Source: Vicugna vicugna
Lineage: Eukaryota
NCBI GenBank assembly: GCA_013265495.1
Contig: MU058337.1
Span: 498,001 to 562,000, forward strand
DNA length: 64,000 bases
Direction: 5' to 3'
Positions within the stretch are counted from its first letter, which is position 1. Each line of letters begins with the position of its first letter. The notes beneath the pieces are model-generated. The model made no database searches. It was given only the letters and a program-made list of their open reading frames with translations, and was not told where the DNA came from. Position numbers and translations under genes: made by a program. Shown here piece after piece: positions 12,290 to 24,145 of this stretch.

Positions 12290-12790
12290 TTCTGGTTGGT
12301 ATTCCCTTTTTTTCTTGTGATCACAGCACCCTGAATTTACTTGGTGGGTACCTCCTTAGTCCATGTGGTTTCTGCAAAACAGACTTCACCCCTGGATCCC
12401 TGAATGTGACACATGCTCCAGACTAAGACCTTCAGCACATTCTCTCCTCTTGGCCATGGTGACTGATTCAAGGATGGACTCCAGGACAAAGATGGGCCCA
12501 CCAGGAGCAAGAAATTTCAAAACTGAGATGTAAAGTGATGTTTGTTTAACCTCAGAGCTCCCAGAGACCACACTGTGCATCCTAAGGATGAAGCCTGCAC
12601 AGTGGAAGGAAGAGCCCAGAAAACAGAGGCTAAGTCTTACTGACATCAGTTGATAGAATATAGATACATGTGAAGCTCTGTTCCTAGACATTTTGGTAAT
12701 AAAAACCAATATATTTTTCTTTCCTCAGATTAGTTTTAAGCAGATTTTCTATAACTTGCAAATAGAACAGACCTCTGTGATGAAGGCTGT
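12290..12790 (+). mobile_element. Old MaLR LTR (MLT1K/L-like)
   Basis: CTCTTGGCCATGGTGACTGATTCAAGGATGG and a 3' end AACCAATATATTTTTCTTT..GATTTTCTATAACTTGCAAATAGAA typical of late MLT1 LTRs. Confidence 0.55.
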
Positions 12791-12929
12791 CTCTATTTCG
12801 AGAGGATAGAGACCAGCTTATGTAGTCTATGTATTTTGAAGGGGTATAGGTGGGAAGGAGGACACATGGGTATTTGGTACAACAGTCCAGACCCCTTGCC
12901 ATTCCTGGAGTGTATCCTAGACCACATAA

Positions 12930-13430
12930 CAGCCTCGGATTTTCATTTGCAGATTAACCCCTTTTAGTTTCAGTGCACGTGTCTGGGGTAGGGATCAACC
13001 CCAGTTCCAGGTGTGGATCAGGATGCAGCCTGAAGCCATAGTGATTGGGTCAGGAGTGAGCACATGACTTAATTGTCTCCAATCGCAGTGAATCTCAGGA
13101 CTTTTTTTTGGAGCTACTGAAACAGGAGCAGTCATTTCTGATAGTCTTGAACTTTGAAGCATGTGAGATGGTGGCTGCTGACACAGTCCTTCCGTGTAAG
13201 TGAAGCACCTGCATGTAAGCATAGCCAGCAAATCAGAAGTCAGAGCAGAAAGTTTGACAGTAAAATTGGCCAAGAAGGCAATGTTTAACTCCAGTTACCC
13301 AGCTATGCCTGAATGAAAGCTTATCCTTGAACTCTTCCGTTTCATGAGCCAATAAATTGATGTTCATTTAAACCTGTTTAGGACTTTTTTTTCCCTGTCA
13401 CTTTCAACAGGAAGAATCCTAACTGATGCT
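12930..13430 (+). mobile_element. Old MaLR LTR (MLT1K/L-like)
   Basis: GCCATAGTGATTGGGTCAGGAGTGAGCACATGACTTAA..CCAATC..GTGAATCTCAGGACTTTT; 3' end CCAGCTATGCCTGAA..CATGAGCCAATAAATT..CTGTCACTTTCAACAGGAAGAATCCTAACTGAT. Confidence 0.65.
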
Positions 13431-13754
13431 GCATGTGGCCAGTTGTCTCTGCTTTAGCTGCACTGTATGAGCAGAGCATCTTGCATGGAGCATGTATTTG
13501 AGGGAAAGTTACATGAGATTCTATTGAATTGTTTCTTCACACATACTCACTTTCACACAGTAGCTATTGATATATGCTGTTACTCTGTTAGCTGCAGTAA
13601 ATGCAAAAAGACATTCTGCCTTAGAGGAGCTTATAACAAGATGTTTTGTTTGTTGTCGTTGCTTTTTAAGGGCAGATGTATAAGCAAACACAGGCACTTA
13701 CGCTGTTCACTTATGGGCATGTGCCAGGATGGAAAGATTTACAACAGGTGTTTT

Positions 13755-13917
13755 ATTTTTTATTATTAAAGTATAGTCAGTTTACAATGTTGTGTCAGTT
13801 TCTGGTGTCCATCATGTTTCAGTTGTACATACATACATATATTCCTTTTCATATTCTTTTTCATTATAGGTTACTACAAGATATTGAATATAGTTCCCTG
13901 TGCTATACAGTAGAAAC
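13755..13917 (-). mobile_element. 5'-truncated young artiodactyl-type L1 3' end with TSD
   Basis: T-rich tail followed by AAGTATAGTCAGTTTACAATGTTGTGTCAGTTTCTGGTG..ATATTGAATATAGTTCCCTGTGCTATACAGTAG. The flanks TTTACAACAGGTGTTTT (13738-13754) and TTTACAACAGATATTTT (13918-13934) match at 15/17. Confidence 0.9.
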
Positions 13918-13954
13918 TTTACAACAGATATTTTGATGTGATGTGGATGACCTG

Positions 13955-14104
13955 TGAGGGGGTTTTAGGAAGCCTCTGAACCCTGCAAAACTATAGGCAA
14001 AATCTTGAGTGTATGAGTGATAAACTTCTTTTGGGGAGAGTGTGCAGAGCTTTCATCAGAGTATCAAATAAATACTTCACTTCAGAAATGGTTAAGAGTC
14101 ACTG
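13955..14104. mobile_element. MER103-like hAT-Charlie fragment
   Basis: TTTTGGGGAGAGTGTGCAGAGCTTTCATCAGAGTATCAAA..GGTTAAGAGTCACTG resembles the MER103C terminus. Confidence 0.65.
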
Positions 14105-17100
14105 CTGTATAGAATATTGTGGAAAAGCTAAAAAGAAATAGTCAGCAGTAAAATTGTAACTGCATTCAGAACACGTTGAGGACATGTTTGTTCGTTTCTA
14201 TTCCTAGAATGACAAATAGTAGGTGTACAGTATATATCAGTTAAATAGGTTAATGAACGAATTTAGCTCCGTCATGGAAGGTGGCAGGGAAAAAGTCACG
14301 TCTGAGTGGAGTCTTAATAGTAGTAGGAATTCACCAAGCAGACTGGATTGGTGACACACTTGCTCTTTTGGAATGATTGGTTTACATAGGTTTAATTTTC
14401 TTTAAAGGTCTTGAAAGTAAAGTATAAAAATACCTACCTATGTTTTCAGACTGTAAGCACCAAGAAACTTGTCTACATGTTGACCTTTTTAATTGAGGAG
14501 ACTGAGAAACTTACCTAACATTTAGTGATTGTGCAAATAGAGTGCTTTATAACTGAATGGATGAATGAATACACATAGCAAAGCATTTCAAAAATGCTGA
14601 CCCTGTATGTTTATAAGCTTGTGGAGGAAATGTGTTTCAACATCAGGAAATATATAAGCTGTTAAAGAATATAATACCCCTGAATTGGTAAGAATTTATT
14701 TCCCTTTCACTCATAGCTGTACTTATTTACAAAACAAAAAAGATTAACAATTTCATGAGGTTAAATCTTGTAATTTATCATGTGATTTTTTTCCCATTGG
14801 TTTAAGCTTTCCTGCATATTTTACCACTTTCTGAGTTTTCATATTTAATTATTTAACATGTCTGGAGACCATGCCAAAGAAATAAACACATAAGTGAACT
14901 CATATTCTAATATCTAATCCATTGTCCCAGAACCATTTATTGTGTAATAATTTCCCTAATCCTTTGTCATATGCTACATTCTTTATAGGTCTTGTTTCTA
15001 TGGTTTCTATTTTTTCCCCATTTTTGGCCTACTTTTAGGCCACTTACACATTGAATTATTAGATAATTAAAATGTGTTTTAGCACATGGTAGGGTTGTCA
15101 TTGTCTTTACTTTTTATTTATTTATTCTCTTTAAAATTCACCTGAATTGGAAATCTTCCAAGCTGGGTGGGTGTTCCCTTTGGATGTAGCTCTCTTAGAT
15201 GCATTCTCCCTCCTGTTTACAGTTGATTTTCTGCTGACCTCTGTCACTACCATCCCTGTTGATTTTGATGTCTGAGAACCAGTGAGAGATTTATATCACC
15301 ATCTACTCTTTGGTGGATGTATCTGATCTCAATTTATGATTAAATATGTAACTAGTGTCACAAATCTACTCTACGGTATGGGAACAGCACTGTAATATCC
15401 GGGAATAACCACCCGAGCATAGCACTCTGAGAGGTTTATCCAAGTAGCCTCACGCAAGCTCTGACTAGAGATTCTCTGAACACTGGAGAGAGATGGAGGG
15501 GCAGAGGCTGGATCCTGCCCGAGTTGTTCACGGAATGACTAAGTCACCATTTATAGCCCCTGCTGGGTGTGCTTGGGCCTTGTGATGGATAGGCTAATCA
15601 GAAAGGGAGATCCATGGAGAGGTCCTGTCACGAGGGCAGCTGAAGGTGGAGGCAGACGTTCCAGTGTAGGGGCACATTCAGGGAGGATCCATTCTATTAT
15701 CTATTTATGATTCCAGGCAACCTTTATAACTTGTTGCCAGTCTGTACAGAAAAATTACTGCTTTAATTAAAATTGTATTACACGAACCACATTTGTGCCC
15801 AATATAAGGCATACCCAAATAGAGTATGTCTAAAGCCCATCCCTTGTGATGAATCAGAAGCTTACTTCCAAAAAGACTTTTATAAGGTTGTACTTACCAA
15901 TTTAAGGATGAAAATGAAATTAAGTAGCAAATATCTACTTATAGCATTTTGTGTATTGATTTAGATGCACACTTATTTGAAGTAGTACATAAACTAATAC
16001 ATTACTTTTGCAACACCTTTTTATACTCTCACATGCCAAGAAACAATATTACTCAAACTCTCCACTTGCTCATTTGATATCTGAGCCTGCGTCACCGCTA
16101 GAGACACTGTCACCATCAATTTTGTCTCTGCTTGACAGACAGCACTTGAATGGTTCACTGAGGATCCTCACTGACACTGAGGATGTCAGTGGGAAATTCT
16201 GTGCCAAACCAGAGAATCCATTTGTATAATGGTGATACTGTTCTTTTCTCTTAAAAAAATTCCTGAAAAATGTATTCTTAACCACTGCTACATGACCATT
16301 TATTATATTGTTTTCTACTGTGATCTTTGAAATCCTTATTTAAAATTTTTTTTGATACTTGTGGAATCATTACACCAGAAATAATTACTTAATTTACCTC
16401 CTTTAAAAAGTTTTTTCCTTTGTGACATTAACAGCTCCAGTGGGTACCCTCTACAAGCCTGTAAAACTAACATTGGTGGATATTATTTTAGGGGTATGTC
16501 TCCCCAAAAGAATTTGAATTAAAATAGAGATAAGCCCCCCATAGTATAAGAGATTTTGTAAGGGGTAATTTCAGGAAAATAAAACTCACCTTATTTTTAG
16601 GCATATGTGCATTAATTTGGGGGAGAATTTCCATCTTTATAATAATCATCTTCCTTTTTAGACATAGGCAAATTTTTCTTGCTGTTTAAATCTTCTCTTA
16701 TGTTTCTCAGTCTTTTCTGTTCGTTTCTCCATATGGTCGTTGCTCTGTGTATCTTGAAGGAAATGTTTTCACTTTGTGACTTTTTTACTTGCAAAGCTGT
16801 GTGTGTGTTTACCCACATACTTAGAACAGTAGTTGGCAAATTATAAGTAATTTCTATGAAGATGATGTTGTAGACTTTTTAATGGTATGTGTTGGTGTTC
16901 TGTGGATTTGCATTCTATGGAAAGCATTTATGAACTAACTCTACATGTGCTAACTCTTAATCACAAATACTATTATTTAACAGTACATCCTCTAACGGAT
17001 GAATCTTGATATTGGTTTAGAATTTAGAGTGTGCACTTTAATTTGACTAGCACTGGCAGCTCTGTCCAGCAGGCCATCCACGGCCATCACCATGGTTACC

Positions 17101-17124
17101 AGTATTTACTGGTTATACAAAGTT

Positions 17125-17260
17125 ACCAAGAAAGGCTCATTAAAAATGCAGTTTCTCTGGACCTCAACCTAGTCCTACTGATACAGTCTCTGGGGAGGGG
17201 TGCAAGTTTACTAAGCCCCCTCTAGATTTCATTCTGACCAGTATTTGAAGACCACTGAGC
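17125..17260. mobile_element. MER5-like hAT-Charlie MITE
   Basis: TTAAAAATGCAGTTTCTCTGGACCTCAACCTAGTCCTACTGATACAGTCTCTGGGGAGGGG..TTTGAAGACCACTG. Confidence 0.6.
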
Positions 17261-18489
17261 TAGGGCACACTGGAAGTATATAGATAGAAAGCAAGTTCTA
17301 GTTCTGCCCAGCCAACCCAATCAAGTCAAGGTCAGTTAAGGTTCAGAGACTCTGCCACATTTACCATTGTTAGTAATCAACTAGAGTCCTCACGTACCTG
17401 ATGGTGCCAGAATCTGCCCTTTTCTTTAAAGAGTGGTTACATTAGCAAACGATAGTGGGCCTAAAGCTAAAGGTTTAATTTTATTTTCTTTATAAATAAA
17501 TTTAGCTTACTCTTCATTTGCTGTTTATCCATAATTTGTTTTTAAAAATATAGATATGTTAGTCAAGAATTTACATTTAGCCATGAATTCTGAAAGCACA
17601 AAATTCCCTTTTAGATCAATAGGTATATAAGAACATGGTCTATTTTCACATATAGGTGGCACATAAACAATGTATAATTAACAACAAAGTGGATGTGTCT
17701 ATTTTTGTGCATCCAAAATACATTCAAAGTGAAAAAGTAGCTCAGGATTGTGATATATTTGACTTATGAAGTGGACATAATCAAGTAATGGTTTCACTAG
17801 AAAACAAGATATTTCTTCTCAGTTTGACTTTTCTATGGTAGAATTATTTTACAGATATTAACTCTAAGGAATAAGACTAAATTTTTGAGAAGACAGTAAG
17901 CATGTTATTTTAATTATTTTTACAATATAAAACCAGAGTGAAATAAGTATCTCCTTCCAATACATAACATTAGCTATTTAAATAGGAATAAAAGTACAGA
18001 TTCTCATTAAAATACATGTAATCAGTTAATTTAAGAATTTTGAGTTTTTTGCAAGATACAAGCATAAATGACACCCTGCATAGTAAATGCAGGGCTATGA
18101 TATATATGCAGATCATTTCTGCAATATTCTCTTTTAAAAAGCATATTTACTCACCAGATCTCTCAATATAATGTATTTGCAACTAGGTACTATTCAGCTG
18201 CCTTCTGAAATGTGCCTGTGCTATTAAACTACTCTGTGCCATTAGTCATACTCTTAGGTAAAACCTGTGTGGGAGTTTCTAGACTCCACAGCCTACTTTT
18301 TCTGATAAATGAAACCTACATTCCAGCCAAGCTATTTGCTCTTCTTTTCTACTGTGCTACATTTGAGCTGATAAGCTAACAAGAATCAACATATTTACTA
18401 ATCTGGTTAACACCTCCCCTGAACATATTTCTCATTTAGATTTTAGTAAACAGTGATGTTAATGAAAACCAACTTTTAAATCACTGTCT

Positions 18490-18985
18490 AAATTTCCTCA
18501 GTGAATCCCAATTACCTTCAGGAGAAGAGCTGATTTTCTTTACTTATGATACAGTATCACTCATGATGGAGTCACAGCCCTTTTCTCTATAGTCTCTTCC
18601 TTGTAGCTTCTCCATATGCTCCCCACTCGCCAGCCCAGCCCACTCACCCATCCATAGATTCTCCAGTGCCCTGGAGTCCTTCATGCCCCAGAGTCCTTGA
18701 ACACTGGGGGTCTTCTTCAAGAATCCTTCCTAAAGCCACTCAGTGTCCCCAGTACCTTCCTATCCTGGTCCGTTTTAAAATCAGATTGGAGGTTATCCCT
18801 CATTCTCTGAAGTCTTCCAAATAGCTAATCCTGTAGCATTCCCCACTGTATTGTGGTTGCTGGCCCAGCTGTTCTCTCTCCCTGATGACTAAACTTCAGG
18901 AGGCCAGACATGGTCTTTCATCTCAGTCCCCTCACAGTCCCCAATATATAGCAAGCAGAAGTGGAATCGGTTGTTGACAGTTTAC
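18490..18985 (+). mobile_element. L2 LINE 3' fragment
   Basis: C/T-rich degenerate L2 3' region ending GACTAAACTTCAGGAGGCCAGACATGGTCTTTCATCTCAGTCCCC..GTTGTTGA. Confidence 0.55.
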
Positions 18986-20102
18986 TTTCAGACGGCATGT
19001 ACTCTTAAAATTGTCCTATTTTAAAAAATCCTAATTCATGGGCACTGTAAGAGGAAGGCAAGGACCAGATTACTTAAAAACAAAGAATTAACTATAGTCT
19101 ATTGTAGAAAGTATTATCATCCCAATTATAAAAATTAGTGAAACTATTATTTTATCATAGTATATTAGACTTTACTAAGCATCACTGAAATATTTTGTGA
19201 GACATAGTTTGACTAGTTTTGAATAATAATAGGATAAAAATAACAGAGCCTGATTTTACTTCTCTTTGGTTGAGAGTAATGGACCTTTAATTTCATATAT
19301 TGTTCATTTCTTTTATTTTCCCATTTCTAGTTCTCTTTCTGATTGAATCACACACTCAGAACAAGAGAGAGATGCTAATGTTTTGAGACACCATTAGAAT
19401 TTGTGTGTCTCTGATTAAAATTAACAATGCAATACTGAGAGGAAGACTGCATTTTTATCTAATAAATGTGAATACATATGCTATCAGATTTCCTACTTGA
19501 GTCCTTAAAAAATCTTGTTTAGTAAATGTCACAAAATGGAGGATTTGCAATATAAAATAAATGTTAGGGAGATACTGCAAAATGAAAATAGTGACTATAT
19601 CTGGGGATTGAGATTATTTGTGACTTTAAAAATTGTTCACATTTTGTAATTTTTTACAATGTGCATACAGTACTTGTATAATAATAATTATATATGTATG
19701 AGTGCACACATATGTTTAGTTTAATATATTATATATTGGGGGCCCATGGGTCCATGTATAAAGTACAAAGAGACAGTTGCCTGATTAATAAATAGTCTGG
19801 TTAATCAATAATATTTTATTTGAATAATGTAGAAAAATTCTGACATGAATCAAATTTAAGTAATTGTTAGTTATGCCCTTAACATTTTATTGAGAAGACA
19901 GTGAGAGGTTAAGGAAGTTTGAGTATTTTCTAGTCTTTTAAAAATATTCTATAACAAGAGATGTATGATGAAGTGGTGATTCTAAGTGAAGATTATAAGT
20001 TCCCTGTATTTAAACAAAAAAATTATAGCTTCCTCTTTCATGCCAGAACTCTTCCTATGCAGATATGAATTAAGTAACTACTCCTCTGAGATATTTCTAG
20101 AG

Positions 20103-20295
20103 CAGTGGTTCTCAACGATAGTGATTTTGCTCCCAGGGGACTTTAGCAATGCTTGGAGACATTTTTAGTTGCCAGACTAGTGTGTTGTGAGTAGAGAGTA
20201 GGGGGGGCTGCTGAACCTCCTGCAAAGTATAGCACAGCGCCCCACAATAAAGAATTATCTGACCCCATGTGTCAGTAGAGGTGATGCTGAGCTAT
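20103..20295. mobile_element. MER20 hAT-Charlie element
   Basis: CAGTGGTTCTCAAC..GTGATTTTGCTCCCAGGGGAC..GCAATGCTTGGAGACATTTTTAGTTG..CCCCACAATAAAGAATTATCTGACCC. Confidence 0.85.
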
Positions 20296-23200
20296 ATTAT
20301 GTAAAATAATTGTAAATAGTTTGATTGCAATAGCTCTGTTGGTCCTTATCTTTAAAGTCCATCCTAGGAGTTACAATGTCTCTCTGTCAATAGCAGGAGC
20401 ACTCAACAGAGAGCACAACTCCAGGCTAGAGGGCATGAATGAAATTGGAAGATGGAAGTAAACATGGAGCGGTGTGGTGGGGGAATGGAGTTAGTTAAAA
20501 TGGTAGTGTACTGGACTTGGGACAAGAAAGGCAGAATATATATTTTAAGAACAAACATGATAATTCATTTCAGCAGAACTTCTGCCACTTTTTTCTTGAA
20601 AGTGGAACTGAATCTAAAGAAAAGTGAATCTTTATATTCACCTGAGGTGTTATTAATCACTGTAAATAAGAGCAGGTCTGACCTGAGCTGAAAGGATTAG
20701 AGGAGACAGGGTTGGGTGGTGTTGCACAGTTGGGGAGTGGTGGTCTGTTTAGGTATTTCAGCCTTGGAACCCTAGTAGTCACTTTGCCCATATCTTTCCC
20801 TTTGGGGTAGCAGAAGGGCTCTGGTGAATTTTCCTTTCTCATGTTAAAAAGCCAGTCACCCTTAGGTCATCTGTGTGTTCTGAAACTCAGTCTAGTCTGC
20901 CTGTGAACTTTCTGTATGAGCTTTCCCCCTCAAGGACACTGGGTAGGCTTCCCTAGCCAAGAATTTTCTGAACTTTGTATCTTGCACAGTAGAGATGATG
21001 AAAAATATAAGCCTGTCCAGGCAGCATCTTCAAAGTAGGAAGAAACAGGGTGAAGGAAAATGAAGGGGTAGGTAAGAGAAAGAAGTATGAAATTAAATCC
21101 TGAAACCCAGGTATTAAACAACTAAATCTGGATAGAGATAAATAGATAGATAAGCAAAAATAATTCCTTAGTTTTTTTAATTGAAAGAAAATCCTTATCC
21201 TGCATTTGTAGAAAGAAAGGCCTTGGATTATTATACTTCATCTATATTTTATCACAAAAGACCAACAAGTTCAAAACAAAAGGAAGTGAGAATCATTTCA
21301 GGATTTAGAATACGATATGATCACTTTCATGTTCTGCAAAATCTTTTACCAAGAAATAGAAATGGAGACTCCCATTATCTTTCCATGTATTTATTTATAT
21401 GATAGAAAATCCCACACCCATATTCTCACTTATGGCTATAAGCAGACTTCATGTTGTATTTAAATCTGGTTTAGTTTAAGAGGGTTGAAGTTTTAAATGT
21501 AAGAAAATAGTAATCACGATAAAAGGGTAGAAGACAAAATGCTTTCTAAAATTTAAAGGGATTTTTTTCAAAGGATATTTTTTCCACATCACTGGTTGAG
21601 AAAAAATAATGTCAAAATAATTGAAACTATCAAAATAAAAAGAATTGAAAGACTGTTTCCTCAATGTATACTGGGTTCCTAGACAAAACTCAGAAAAAGA
21701 AGTTTTTATTTTGTATTTTTCAGCAGAAACTGGAAATTTGCTTGAAGATGCTATAAGACAAGGATAAACCTGCCATAGAAAGTATCTTTAGTTTCTAGAT
21801 CTTTCATGTAGTTAAAAAAAAAAATTCAACACATTGATAGCTGAAGTGCCAGAATGGTGTACTTACACAAGTTGTCTTTTAAAGCGTTACATGACACTTA
21901 AAAATCAACTAGCTGTAAAGTTGCACTAAGCTTTGGTGGTCACTGGATATAGTCTTTAGAAACTTACAATTTCAATGGGTAACGTTTAGTATATACCATA
22001 CTATGCTGCTAGAAGGACTGGTTGGTTGAATCCTACTCATTATGTTTTGCAACTTGCCGTTTAAAAAATACCGACTTCTCCCGTGTGCCAACACCCACAA
22101 CGCCTCTAAAACGAATATGAATACAGATGACCCATCCTTTTGGTTTCTCAACATAGTTAGAACGATAGCACCCTGACAGTGCGCCTGTGAATGTGCACCC
22201 GACAGAATATTAGACTCATTAGAAAGCAAGGAAAGGAGGTTGACATAGTGAGTGCCTGGTGAAACAAACCGCTGTCCTATGCGACCGCCAGACAGAGCTC
22301 AGGACAGCGCTGCGCTGCGGGTGCGCACACAGGCGGCGCTGGCACCGGCTGCGTCTCTTCTCCCGCAGCTTGGTGGGAGTGCGGGGTGGAGTGGGCTCGG
22401 TCTTAAGATGAAACAAGACTGGTATTTGCCCACAGAGGCAGGATCCAGAGGACCCCTGATTTTCCCAGCGCGTCTGATTTTCCTACTTGGAACTCCGAGA
22501 GCCAACGCTAAGGGGCACTAGAGGCTCGGACTGACTGGAACGGCCGCCACTCCGGCAGCCCGAAGGCCCGCTGCTGCGGAAGTGCTGGGCGGCAGGAAAG
22601 CCCAACTCCGTGGGGGCTGGGGCGCAGGTTTTTGGAGTGAAGGGCCACGGGGGCTTGGAACGCTCCAGATCCGAAGGAGGAATCCTCTGAGGTTAAGACG
22701 TCGAACACGAAACTGGGCTAGTCGGTGACCCTCGATAGCCGAGGTCTTACTGTTTTTTTCCCAAGACTCTATAAGGCCACTTCTAATCTCTTTACTTTAT
22801 GAAGAATGTCAATGTCATATATACAGCTAAAGATTTAAATATGGTTGCGCACACACATTATCCTTTTATCCGTATTACTAAAATAATTTAACAAAATAAT
22901 TTAATGCATTGAAAGCTGTTGGTCTCTAGTTGTCTAGGGATCCTGAGGCACATGCAAAGAGATCAAATATCGCCTCGTCTTCCCCCACCCGCGGCCAATT
23001 CATGTTTACTCCCATGCCCCCAACCTTTCACTTGAAGTCTGTCATTCCTTAGCTAAGGAGGCAACACCCAGACCCTTGCCGCCCTGGAAACCTCTAACCG
23101 CCCTCCAGCAACTCGGACTTTTTCAGAGTCAGGGAGCAGGAGATGCTGAGGAAATTAAAAGGCATCTTCAGCCTTGCAGTCCTAATTCTGACTTTTATCA

Positions 23201-23565
23201 GTGTTAGCAGAAAGAAAAAACCGAAAGGTGGGGAGAGGGAGGACGGAAAGGAAAGAGGCAGCGCCAGATCGCAGCAGCCCAGGCGGGCCTGCGGGCACAG
23301 TCGGCCCCCACCCACGCCGGACCCTTGCGTCCTCGCCCTCCTCCTCCGCCCGGGCCGAGCCCCGTGCCAATGCGCCAGGATGGAGAGATCTCGGCGCGGG
23401 AGGAGATGACGCAAAACCCAGCGCTCCCCCCAAAAAAGTGTTTCTCCAGGACGAAGATGGCGGCAACTTAGCCGGGGACTGAAGATGACTGTGGCTCTCG
23501 GGAGGCCCAGCCCAGGCAATTCGGCCCCGAGGTCCGGGGGAGGCGGCGTCAGCAGTCGGAGCCTG

Positions 23566-23640
23566 GCGGCAGCGGCGGCGGCGCCCGCGGGCAGACCTGC
23601 AGCAGCAGCGGCAGCGGCGGCGGCGGCGGCGGCGGCAGCA
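23566..23640 (+). repeat. Interrupted GCG/GCA trinucleotide repeat
   Basis: 6 GCN codons at 23566-23583 and 14 at 23599-23640, with a pure (GCG)7 at 23614-23634. Confidence 0.95.
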
Positions 23641-23711
23641 GTTAGAGCGCGGGGTGGGGGGTGGGGGGGAGGGAGAGCCCTGCCGGCGGCGGCAGCCCAG
23701 GCTCCGGACTC

Positions 23712-23800
23712 GGGGAGAGAGAGCGAGAAGTAGGAGCAGAAGGAGGAGGAGAGAAAGGAGAAGGAAAGGAAGGAGGAGGAAGAGGAGGAGGAGGAGAGGA
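23712..23800 (+). repeat. GGA/GAA polypurine low-complexity tract
   Basis: Almost purely A/G, e.g. AGGAGGAGGAGAGAAAGGAGAAGGAAAGGAAGGAGGAGGAAGAGGAGGAGGAGGAGAGG. Confidence 0.9.
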
Positions 23801-24012
23801 GCTGGGGAGGCGCTCTGGTCGCAGTCAGTGGGCAGCGGAGACGCGGCATGCCCCTGGCAGGGGAGAGCGGGCTGTCCTCAGCGGGGCCATGGGGACCCGC
23901 GCTCTGACAATGCCTGGGTGAGAGGAGCAGCGCCAGCCACCCTGCCACCTCCACCATCACCTCCTGCACTCAGCTCACCACGGGCCACCAGCCCCAGCCT
24001 CCTCCGACTCAA

Positions 24013-24044
24013 TCTCTGTCTCTCTCTCTCTCTGTCTCTCTCTG
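24013..24044 (+). repeat. (CT)n microsatellite
   Basis: TCTCTGTCTCTCTCTCTCTCTGTCTCTCTCTG. Confidence 0.95.
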
Positions 24045-24145
24045 CATTATTGTTTCCCACTCTACAGAGGATGGGGTCGGCTGATGATTAGGTCGGAAGC
24101 AAGTCGTATCTTTCTCCAAAGCCTGGTAATATTTATGTAGGCAAA

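Noticed and set aside
23094..23969. 291-aa antisense ORF with poly-Ser and poly-Ala
   Set aside because: It starts at GTG and is built from the reverse complement of GGA and GCG repeats in stop-poor GC-rich DNA. No recognisable domain.
23969..23990. TCAGCTCACCACGGGCCACC as a full RE1/NRSE site
   Set aside because: It needs an insertion and lacks the GGACAG core.
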